Origin: Oculina patagonica
Lineage: Eukaryota
Reading direction: 5' to 3'
NCBI RefSeq assembly: GCF_052425735.1
Contig: NC_135759.1
Location: 25,358,001-25,422,000, forward strand
Length of the DNA stretch: 64,000 bases
A model generated the notes under the pieces. That model was not told the origin of the DNA. It did not search any database and saw only the letters and a list, made by a program, of their open reading frames with translations. A program made the translations under genes and the position numbers. Below are positions 12,101 to 24,100 of this stretch, piece by piece (positions within the stretch are counted from its first letter, which is position 1; each line of letters opens with the position of its first letter).

Positions 12101-15100
12101 GGGTACCCCCAACAGCAGGGCCAATTATTTGGGCCCGAGATCTCTTTTTTTCCACAATACAAAACAAAATGGGAAAAAAACAAAACAACACCCGAAATTC
12201 TTTTTTTTTTTTTTTTTTTCCCCCCCCCGGGGGGGGCTTTTCAAAAAAAAAAATTTTTTTTTTTTGCGGGACAGAACCAAACCCCCCCCCACGAAATGGG
12301 TTAAGTCTCTAACTACACACGTGGTAGATTAAAAATAAAATCGACAGAAGCTACCGTAAAGCAAAGCAGAGGAAACAAAGGTGCAAAGTGGATAGTTACC
12401 TAAAAAGTCTGGTCATGGAGGATTCGTAAGTCAAACTGAAGGCTTGTTGGTCCTGAAAGTAAATATCAAAGTGACATGGCGTTATTAAAAGTCGTCGTTA
12501 CTACCTTAAGATGCCTCGACAATACACTTTCCTTAACTGTATTTACGAATGGAAAACCCTTTTTAAATGTATATAGAAATCGTGTTGCCATATCCCCTTA
12601 TGCTTTCACATTGAGCTTTACAATTTCTCATCGCAAACTTTGCCAGGACAGCTAACGCCACTTCTCTCTTCAGCAAGAGACAAATACTGAAAATCAAAAG
12701 ATGCTATTTTTAATTACTATAAAATATTTGATTCTTTGTGGCGTCCGAATTTTAATTAAGCGCTGCCCTCAAATAAGCGCCGCCCTAATAAGCGCCGCAC
12801 TTGAGGCGCGAAAAAGTTAATAAGCGCTGCGGCGCTTATTTGAGTAAATACGGTAACCTATTCCAGCTTCAATCAATTTGCACCCAAGAATACACCAGCT
12901 GTACCAGTTATTCAACTGAGATTTAAATACAAAATACAGCGAGCCATGAACTTCATATCCACTGATTACAAACCTTGAAGTAGGCCAGCTGAAGTCCCAT
13001 CTGAATAAATGCATCTGGGCTGTAAGAAAGAATTTTTTACAAATGTTTTACTTCTTATTTACAAAAAAACAAAAAAACAAAAAAAAAAACAGAGACCTAG
13101 TTGCGTTAGGAAAAAAACTAAGTTTAAAAAATTGAACCTTGACAGATACACGAAAGGCGTCACACTGAGAAGAACTGTTGCATGACAGTACGTTTAAACT
13201 GAAAATTTGGGAACATACGCTGGGCAGATTTTTAAAGGTGCTAGACATCTACAGAATCACCATCCTACCCTGCCCCGGCACGACTCAAATGAATGATCAC
13301 ATACGGTCCACGCTCCCGGGGGACGAAACAGGGGGCGGAAATGGTTATTGCACATCACGCTGGCGTATATTGCTGAACTCAGCCTTGTTTCTGGCATACA
13401 ACTTACTTGATAACTTTGGTTAAAGTAAGGATATAACAAAGGAATTTGTTTTATTACCTAATGCGGCATTTTTTTATGGCACCCTTCCCTAAAAGAAAAT
13501 TACAGGATTCATAATAAGCAAAGACAATAATATTAGATATTTAAGTTGCACTAGAAATTATGCTACAGTTACACCCGTTTAGAGTTAAGCACTTATTCTT
13601 AAGCACTCCTGAAAAAGTACTACAACTTAACTTATTTCTCTTTTACATGGTGCAAACTAAGAAGACATTGTCTGACCTTACTATTACCTATTCTCTAAAC
13701 CAAACACGTATCTTTTCTTTAAATTTTGTTGGAATTTTATATCCTGTTTCCTAATGATTCATGTTTATATTTATTCATTTGTTTTAAGTTTGAAAACACT
13801 TGAATTGTGCGATGTGTTACTTTACTGTAATATAATTTTATTAATAATAAACTTACCAAAAGCAGTGTGTGCTAAAACATGAAGGTCTAAATCATTGATC
13901 AGCAGTTCTGCGTTCTTCTGGCAAGACTCGATAATAGACACACACTGAGGGAACAATAAAAATAACAAAATTATTTTCAATAACAAATGATTCATCAACT
14001 TTCTTATAAAAGGTACAAAGATTTAAACAGGGCCTAAAAACTGGCACTGTATGACATCAGGAACATTTTCAGACCATGCTGACCTGGAAAGTCAAAGTGG
14101 CTCTCAGTCACGTTTAATGAGTAAAAATGCTTACAATGATATTTATGTAATGTAAGCAAAGGACTGTCCTTGAACAAGTTGCGATCTAACCTTGAGGTAG
14201 TGTTCAAGGGTGGGAATTATTCACATGGCAATGGATCAAATAAATTCAGACCTTCAAGGAGCAACTTGTTTGATTGTATGTGCACACAAAATAGTGCTAC
14301 TTATACTAGGATGTGGCACTAGCTGTAATGTGATACCTTTTCAGGAATATCCCACTGGAGCCTTGTTGGTGCTGGTAGATTGAATTCTGGCTCGCCTTTG
14401 CAGTGACCATCTTCCTTATATCTAAAGACATTATTTGTAGTTAGTTGTGGGTTTGTCAACTTTGTTTTCATGAAAAATAGTGATGACGTCAAGTAAGAAT
14501 GCCAACTTGTATATATGTATACATATACATATATACATATTGTATACATGTAGTCTAGCCCTGGGAAGGGGGGGGGGGTACACTCTGCATATTTTTGGGT
14601 GGGGGTGTGCTGCTGGGACTCTAAAACGCTTACCCTATAGCAGACCATGGTCAGCTGAATTTGCAGTCCTATACTAGACTAGACAGCGAAACTCCCTACC
14701 CTATCCCAGACTTGCTTTTTTGGAACTGTATCACTAATAGTGTTTTTAATAGAAAACAACCTGTCAACAACGTTTCTGCGACGATTTTATTTAAGTTTAT
14801 TAAAGCCCCTTCCTAAAGCCTTACCCTAAAATCTCCATGTCATTTATTAACAATGTCTCTCCCAGATGAGAAACAATTGGGGCATCTGCCCTGCAAATGA
14901 TAAAGAAGAAAATTTGTTTATTTAATGTGTTGTGCCAATTAATGATATTAAAATCCAAATACCATTTTATAAATTACACAATGTTAACTTTAAAAAGATA
15001 CAAACTATCTGTAAGAATATTATTGTCCTCGTACCATGAGTGCTCAGCAGTGAGGCCAAACTGTAAAAAAGAAAAAGAAAAAAAAAGAGAAAATTAAAAG

Positions 15101-18100
15101 TTATAACAAGTTCTCACAAGAACATCAGTAATAGGTTATCACAGGGCCTTATCTTGTGTAAATTGTACACATTGATGACAAACAAATTGAGAGGGTTCAT
15201 GAGATTACCTAGATATCTAGGCGTGGTTTTTGATGAACGCCTTAGTTGGGGCAGTCGTAAAGAAAATGATTTCTAAGGCAGGCAAGCGCGTAGGCATGCT
15301 AGGCCATCTTTGCAGTAATATGACCACTCACAGTGCCAATGTTGTACACATCTCGTTAATTACACCGATTCTAGAGTACTGCAATACTGTGTGGGGATGC
15401 TGCAATGAGGGAAATACCGGGTAGTCAGGCATTAAAGGCATTGCAGAAAGAAGCAGGTAGAATTGTTGCTAGGACGATTTGTGGTAGTCCTGCAATGGAC
15501 ATTCTCCAGAAGCGGGCGCTAGCAGAAAGATGCCAAAAACTTGTTTTTCAGCTTGAAAAGAAGTGCATTGAAGGTCATTGCCCTCAATATTATAAGGACT
15601 ATTTTACATTTAATAACAAGATTCACAAAATTTCTCAAACTGATTTTCATTTCCCTTGGAGGTTAAAAAAAACAAGATTCCACTGTAAAGTTACCTAATG
15701 CCAAGGTAATTTAAGGAGGCTCGATGTAGTTTTTTTAGCCGAAGGGTGGTTTTAAAAATGGACCTGTAACCAGGTGGTTGATTCATTAAGAAATAAAAAC
15801 GTTACTCTGGTTAAAAATTTTGTAGTAAAATGTTCGTAAAATATCCACAATGTCCCAACGTTTCGGCTTAAACTAAAGCCTTCATCAGGGGAAAGTGATA
15901 AGTGAATACAAAAAGCACGTTCTTATATAATATGCAAATCGAGAGCTAATGTTTGTCCCTAAAGGCTAAATTTAGAAATTCGTGCGGTAAATGCATGCCG
16001 TCATCGCGGTTTAGCGGATTATTGCAAGTGTCAATTTCCCAAGCCTCCAGAATACGTCTTTTGCGCCAATTTGTGCTTGTACGTAAGATCTTTGACGATT
16101 CCCACGAGATGGTGTGGCCAGAATGAAAACAATGTTCCGCTAAAGCTGACTTGTGTGAGTGTTTGTTTTCAACTGCTTTTTGATGCTCTTTGAGTCGGGT
16201 GGAAAATTTTCGTTTCGTTTCTCCGATGTAGCTTTTGTCACAAACTTGGCAGGGAATTGAATAAATTGCGCCACGAGTCTGATCTTTTGGCAATGGATCT
16301 TTCGGTTTTGGAAACAAATTGCCGATGGTTTGGTGTGGTTTTAAAGCGACTTTGATATTATAATTGCTTAAAATTCGCTTGATTGGTTCCGTAGTACCCT
16401 TGATGTACGGCAGAACGCAGAAACCTTTTTTGTCATCCGGTGCAGTTGCAGGCGTTTGTTGAGAAGGTCGTTTCGGTTTGCTTACATCAATCACAAAGCG
16501 CTTAGGGTAGCCATTCGCCCTGAGTGCCGCGGTCACATGTTGCATTTCCTTTGACTGTTGATCAACAGAAGATGGAATAGTTTTTGCACGATCAGTCAAA
16601 GACTTGACCACAGCCCTTTTGTGAGCAGCCGGATGGTGGGAGTCAAACGAGAGATATCTTTCTGTGTGTGTCGGTTTGCGATAGACTTTAGTGGAGAGTT
16701 GGCCATCGTCTTGTCGACAGATAGTGACGTCAAGAAAGGATATTTTCCGTTCTGTTTCTCTTTCAACCGTAAATTGGATAGATGGCTCGATACTTTGGCT
16801 TGATCAAATACGACCAAATGGCTTCGATAAATTGGATAGATGGCTCGGAACATTGTTTTCATTCTGGCCACACCATCTCGTGGGAATCGTCAAAGATCTT
16901 ACGTACAAGCACAAATTGGCGCAAAAGACGTATTCTGGAGGCTTGGGAAATTAACACTTGCAATAATCCGCTAAACCGCGATGACGGCATGCATTTACCG
17001 CACGAATTTCTAAATTTAGCCTTTAGGGACAAACATTAGCTCTCGATTTGCATATTATATAAGAACGTGCTTTTTGTATTCACTTATCACTTTCCCCTGA
17101 TGAAGGCTTTAGTTTAAGCCGAAACGTTGGGACATTGTGGATATTTTACGAACATTTTACTACAAAATTTTTAACCAGAGTAACGTTTTTATTTCTTAAT
17201 GAAGGGTGGTTGTTTTGAAAATTAAAATTATCTAGGAAGCCAATGTTCGACTTTTGCCAAAATACACCATAATGATCAAATACGACCAAATTTTAATTTT
17301 TTACCCGTCACATTGTCACAAAGGTTACCATAGCAACGATTGACATTTTCTTTTGTTCTCAAACAAGCTTGATTTTCTCGAAATCTAGATTGACTCTTGG
17401 CATTCATTTTTTGATATGTTTAAGTATAGTAGATTTACTACCTGTACACAAAATTTTAGGAAAATCGGTAAGAGCGTTTTAGAGTAAATCAAGAATGAAG
17501 TTTTTGGTATTTTCTTATAATTTCTTACAATCGGCAGTCGATGTATTTTAACAAATTAAAGCAAAAAGTCTTTCGCTTTTAGTTAATGGTCTTTGATGGT
17601 GTAAGTATTTATATTTAGGTGAGAGTAACTGTGCTCAAATAATACGAAACAATTTTAAAGCGCCTATTTTATATTAAAACGGTGTTTTTCTGAGAATTTC
17701 ATTCTTGATTTACTTGAAAACGCTCTTACAGATTTTTCTAAAATTTTGTCAACAGTTAGTCAATGAACTAAACTTAAACACATCAAAAAATAAACACCAA
17801 GAGTCAATCTAGATTTCGAGAAAACCAAGCTTGTTTGAGAACAAAAGAAAACGTCAATCATTGCTATGGTAACCGTTGTGACTAAGTGACGGGTAAAAAA
17901 AATTTGGGCATATTTGATCATTATGGTGTATTTTGGCAAAAATTGAACATTGGCTTTCTAGGTAATTTTAATTTTCAAAACAACCACCCTTTGGCTAAAA
18001 AAAACTACCGTAAAAACCCGCAGATAAGCCGCACCTTTTTTCCAAAAATTTTCGCTCGAAATCGGGGGTGCGGCTTATCTGCGGGAACATTCGGAAAAGG

Positions 18101-21100
18101 TGCCGTACATTTTCGTGAACTGACACTAATTTATGGAAAATTATGTAAATTAATATAACATAAAACTTCAAGAGAGTACCGGTCATTACTTTTGCAAGTT
18201 TGACAGCTCCTATACTGTTTCCAGAGTCGACAATGGCCTATAACTTTAACAGTAATATTGATACTTTACGAGCGAGAAAATACCTCGAGTATTCACGAGT
18301 AAGACGGCCTATTGTTTCTTTCTCATTTTACACTTTGATGGAAAATTTGTCGAACTGATTCTTCTCTTCATGCAACGAGTTTATCTCCAATAGATGGCTC
18401 CCAAATCTCTTTATTTTGTCGATATGATAGCCACGAAACCCGAACGCCTCCATCGCCATCTTGTTTTGCTTTACGTTCTCGCCCTAGTCCCATATTTTGC
18501 GTCCGATCAAATGCCTGGTTACTAAGTTACGAACGTTCGGCAAACGCAAGTTCTTGTTGTTGTCACACAAAAATCTATGGAAAAACTGTGTTGAATGAAG
18601 AAATACCTGTCAACAAATGCCAGATAAAGATCACCCATAATATGTCAAAGTTGGTTTTCATTATATTAAAGAGCTCCAATTGTGGGTAAGACTGATTTAT
18701 TTTCTGTTTCAATTTTCTCTGAGTTTACGTTCGATGGAGAAGACTTTCTAAAGACTCAACTTTGGATTTTTGACTCGACTTTGGATTTTCTTTGATTTAC
18801 TTTCAAAAAACTTTTTTTCCAACATTTGAGTTGTTAAACTCAGGGTGCGGCTTATCTGTGGGTGCGGCTTATCCGCGGGTGTTTACGGTACATCGAGCCT
18901 CCTTAAAGAGGCTTTCAATACAAGTTGCTTAGTTCCTTGCCCCCGGGTGGGGGATAGGGCCGGACATTAATGCTCTCCATCTGTCCCTAGTATTTTTGGC
19001 CACAGCTGCTGCTGCGACCCACAATGTTAGTCCAAGCTCAGCACGTTCCTTTTCTACTGTTCTCCGCCATGTTTTGCTTGGCCCTCCTCTACTTCATTTC
19101 ACGCTTGGTGCCCAGGTTAATGCCACATGTGGGTTTTGGTTTGGTGTCATACACAGAACATGACCTATCCACTTCCATCGCCTATGCATACTTGTGTACT
19201 GATCTTTTTCGATCCCCGCTCTTCTCTAAATTTCATCATTGGACACACGCATGGGCCAATGGACTGCCGACAAAAAAATGCATAGCCATTTAAAGTTATC
19301 CAGTCATCTCTACCTACCCTGCCATTCTTGAAGATATATGCAGAAAAGGACTTGTCAAACCAGCAACTGTGACCATTGCCATGAAGCAGATGCCGACAGA
19401 GAGCATCAAACTCCTCAGACTCTTCCTGTTATTTATAAACACATGCAACATTAAATAATTTATTAAAATTAATTGCTATTGAAGCAGAAGTTACACTGTA
19501 AGATGTATCAAATCAGCTGGATAAAACTGTACACACGAAACAATTAACTTATAGACATTCTTTTGCCTATCTCAATCAATAGCCACCACGTTATATTTAG
19601 CAGGTTAAATCTGACAGACTAGAATGTTACCAGTAAGTTTTGCTTAACTTTTCATTTAATAAAGGAGGACATGTTAAGTTTAGTTATTTTTTAGATATAA
19701 AAGAAAAAGAATCCATTCAAGTGCGAGCCAGTGAGCCATGCAAACTCTGAGAGCCAGGAATCCCTGTAGGTTAACAGTGGAGTGCTATTTAGGCTAACCG
19801 GTGTGTTATTTAGGCCAATGGCTTGCATGACTCACATGGCCGCATGACTCGCATATGGCTCACTGGTCATGCCAGCCATTCTGGTTAGCCTAAATAACAC
19901 ATTGGTTAACCTAAATAGCACTCCAGTTAGTCTACAGTTAGCTTACTAGGTAGTTTGCTGTTAGCCTTTATTATTGGGATTAGGGATTTCTGGTTCGTTC
20001 TCATTATTCTTACTAATTAAATAGTGCCCTCTTTCTTACCTCACCATAATCCATCTCCAAGTCCTCCACATTCAAGAACACTGCTGCCTGAAAGTTGGAC
20101 AACCACAGAGAAATTTTAGTTGTAGAAGCTTGTCTTAGGCAAGCTTGCTGTTTATGGTTTCCTAGTAAAGAACTAGAAAGTTACAGCCAGACACTGAACA
20201 GTGACTAATGTCTAACTATAAGTACCAGTATTAGTTTTGAACAAAACACTGCCCCCCTGCCCCCCCTTGTCCCCCCAGTCCATGCACTACTCCAATTGAC
20301 CACACAAATAGACTATCCTAGAATGAATCAAACCATAAACTAGCAAACTGGAGCAATATTCAGGATAACCTGAACACCCTTTGGCTGAAATAATAGTCCT
20401 GTAGTTAGCCTTTTATGGTAAGCTCTCATTAATGGTAATGGTTGCACAGCATCATATGTTGTGGTACAATTTTACCCTTGGTACAATCTTGTATTTTAAT
20501 ACCAAATTGTACCAAGAGTAATAATTGAACAAAAACCATATACATGTTGTACCGCACAGTTGTAGATGAGTACTATATGGTAAACTTACATCTTCAATGC
20601 AACTCAAAGACTGCCTGTTCACACCAGTGCTGAAATATGTACTCCTTGTCTCAGCCCACAAGTTTCTGAATTAGTGAGGGAAAAAATGTTGTAACAAAAA
20701 GCTTTATCAGCTAAATAACAATAAAAAGGACAAAAACAAAAGTATTACAAGTTATGTGCTAACCTCTCAGCACTTGTCAAGGCTGGCAGAAGTTCTTCCC
20801 CTGGGACTGGTTTTGAATCATCCTGGAGAATTTTCACAATTTGCCTAAAAATAAAAATTGAGCAGTCAATTTACAATAAAACAATTTTCGGTGCCACTTT
20901 CACCAGTGATGCTGTGCCTTAAGTTACCTAATTTAGCAAAAGGTAAACATCAAATTCATACAACTTATTATAAGAAATCAAGAAGAACAGCTTTGTTTCA
21001 ACTTCATCTTTAACCTTCACATGAATGCAGGGCTGCAAATAATTTTTTTCACTTAAAAGGACATATGTCCTACTAAGACACCATCTTGGTAAGACAAAAC

Positions 21101-24100
21101 AAAATGGTGGTCGGACAGATTTTTATTAATTGTTGCCGTAAAATGATTTACGATCACAAAATTGTCCAGACATTTTGTCTGACCACACTTGGGGTTTCAT
21201 TGGACATGAGCAAATTTTGGTCGGTCAATGTCCGATGATTGACTGTTATTTGCAGTCCTGTGAATGTACCTATTATATTAAAACAAAAAAAGATCTTGAA
21301 TTTATTTTTAGTCAAACAAGTCATATTATAAACAGACCTCTCTAGATCAGCTGGTTTCAACATATTACCACGGTGGACTGTTTCAAGTCTGAAGAATCTT
21401 CCTCGATGGTAAATCACAGTGTGTGTTGTTGCGCCGTGATGATGAAGGTGATCTAAGGCAAGGATATTATGCAATTAGTTAAAAACTCTGTTATGTAAAG
21501 AAAGGTAACAAGCACTTACTACCGTAAAATTCCAAAAATAAGACCCCAATACCCCCCTTCAAAATACACAATTCATGTAAGCTTAAAAAATAGACTTAAA
21601 CTTAGTTACGAAGAAAGATAATAATTATAATTAATGATCCTCTTTTTGAGGGCTGGTTGAGTTGTTGCTAAAGCAATACACAAGTGACAATGACACACTG
21701 GTTGTGGGTAAAATAAGGGTGGCAGGGAAGCGTGACTTGGGTCTAGGGGCCCAGGAGGGGAGCCCTCCTGGGGGGAGGACAGATCAGGTGGTACCGGGGG
21801 TAGCCACCCTGGGTTAAATGTTCCGGACCTGCCTCCAGGGGTGAGGCCCATATCCCACAGTCCCGAGGGATTGTGGGAACCAGGAGGGGGAGCCCCCCTG
21901 GGGGGAGTACAGATCAGGTGGTACCGGGGGTAGCCACCCTGGAATGGATATTTCTCCGGACCTGTCTCCAGTGGGCTAGAGGCTTACTGTGGGGTAAAGT
22001 GCAGCCAAAGGGTGCACTTCCCTGCCACCGACCTTTAATCTCAACCGCCAATACGATTAAGGTAAATAAAATAGGACAAAAGTCTGAGTAACAACGTAAA
22101 TCACTAGTTTTCATTAATACAGGAATGGTAGGCTTAAGCAACCACTGTATATCAAAGCAAACGCCAAGTATACCGTAAAGAACTGAATATGTGGGTAAAA
22201 TGGCGAAACACAAGGGTTCCAATCATGGGAGGGAGGGTGGGAAAAAGGAACTTGTGAGGATCTGCACAAAGCAAACAATGATTGCAAGAGGCGTGTGTGT
22301 TCGAACTAGAGGTAAGGGGCATGCAGAGGGCACGTGAGAGAGCTGATTGGAACCATTGTAAGGCCTGCATTAACAGATATAAATCTACATTGGAACAGCT
22401 AAAATATTAAAGGATGCATTGTTAAACATAGGAGCTCGTTGTTGTCGCCCGTGCTTGGACTTTGGGATCGAGTGATACTAGAGAGATCGGAGCATGATGA
22501 GATTCCTAGGTATGCGAGACATTAGAGCTATGGGATTACATATCGGATAACATAGGAGTGTTTATCGTTTAACATACAAGTAGTTTATGAATAAAGTGTT
22601 ACTAAACCAAATGTGCCTAGCTGTCTTGAGTGGTTTCTCTCAGGTCTCATTAACATCAGTTTATTGTTCCCATAAACTTGAACTTAATGATCCTCTTTTC
22701 GAGGGCTGGTTGAGTTGTTGCTAAAGCAATACACAAGTGACAATGACACACTGGTTGTGGGTAAAATAAGGGTGGCAGGGAAGCGTGACTTGGGTCTAGG
22801 GGCCCAGGAGGGGAGCCCTCCTGGGGGGAGGACAGATCAGGTGGTACCGGGGGTAGCCACCCTGGGTTAAATGTTCCGGACCTGCCTCCAGGGGTGAGGC
22901 CCATATCCCACAGTCCCGAGGGATTGTGGGAACCAGGAGGGGGAGCCCCCCTGGGGGGAGTACAGATCAGGTGGTACCGGGGGTAGCCACCCTGGAATGG
23001 ATATTTCTCCGGACCTGTCTCCAGTGGGCTAGAGGCTTACTGTGGGGTAAAGTGCAGCCAAAGGGTGCACTTCCCTGCCACGAACTGTGGAGCCTGCCGA
23101 GCAAGGGGACACAGTTCCCCCACAGTAATAGGGAGTGGAGACCCAATGCTCAGGTGAGAGTTGAGCCTCCTGCTCCTTTCAAAAAAATTTTTTTTTTTTT
23201 TTTTTTTTTTTGGTCTTACATAGGACTGTTCGCGAAGCTATACTCATAATTGAAGGATTAGTGAGAGCTACAAGTGCTTACTAACAGTTTTGGTACAGCT
23301 AAAACAGAAGATTTTGAAGTCTTAATGTAGCGTTCGTAGCAGTCTGAACTCCACCTTCCCAGGACTTTAATTAGCCATGAGGGGATGCCTGCTGAGGCTG
23401 CGGAAGTAGCGGCTCCGATTCGGAAGCTGTGGGAATAGTAATTGTTGGATCGAAAGCCACAATGATGTAGAATTGGAGGTCCTGAACTGCGACCAAATAC
23501 AGTTTGACTGTCTCATAGGTTACTTTTTTGGCTAAGTGGGAAGCAAAATAAATGAGGGTCAGTTCCGAAGCTGGCAAGAGGGGTTTGGAGGGGCCCACCA
23601 GTCCATGCATAGCTGAAGGTCACAAAATGCTTTTGGCCGGCTCGATAGGTTCGCCTTGTGGATGGGGCGAGGGAAGCCTGGAAGTATTGCTGTACTGAGG
23701 CTGTCAGATGAGCATCGCTGATGGAGGGATGCAGCAGGGAGTGGGAGAGGCTGTGGGAGCCAGGGTGTGGAACCGGACCATCTGAAAACGGGAAAGGGAG
23801 TCAGCAATAGCATTGTCCAACCCAGGGATGTGGGTAGCACTAAATGTGAAGTTGTGGGCCAAGGTCAGGAGAGTGATAGCGCGAACCAGGTCCATCACCC
23901 GGGGAGACTTGGAATGTTTGGAGTTTATAATGGCTACAACAGATTGATTGTCACACCACATGCGGATACGTTTCCCGGTCCAGGTAGGGGCCCATAACAC
24001 ACAAGCCAGGTAGATGGGGAAAAGCTCCTGCCATTCAATACTGATGCCCCGTTGTTTGCTTAAGGTGTGTTCGGGCCGCCAGCGGCCTTGGAACCAAAGC

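Larger units (their letters stand above)
15752..17200 (-). mobile_element. 5'-truncated Penelope-like retroelement with an inverted 3' copy
   Basis: Open frame ~16790 to 15946 (-): [33 protein letters not shown] (RT thumb) and [32 protein letters not shown] (GIY-YIG). Segment 15782-16139 is mirrored by 16846-17203. 11-bp TSD gaagggtggtt at 15741-15751 and 17201-17211. Confidence 0.92.
15715..18902. mobile_element. Kolobok-type non-autonomous foldback element hosting two nested insertions
   Basis: TTAA flanks at 15711-15714 and 18903-18906. Termini ggaggctcgatgta / tacatcgagcctcc. Long inverted arms at ~17201-17520 and ~17690-18007. Confidence 0.8.

Noticed and set aside
12050-12300. Homopolymer-dense tract (also 23180-23211 and 45460-45580)
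   Set aside because: The pattern is typical of low-quality read tails after poly-T runs, with no biological structure.
21606-23249. Duplicated short ORFs (MGLTPGG.., MGTRRGS..)
   Set aside because: Chance ORFs in the GC-rich B1/B2 terminal repeats.
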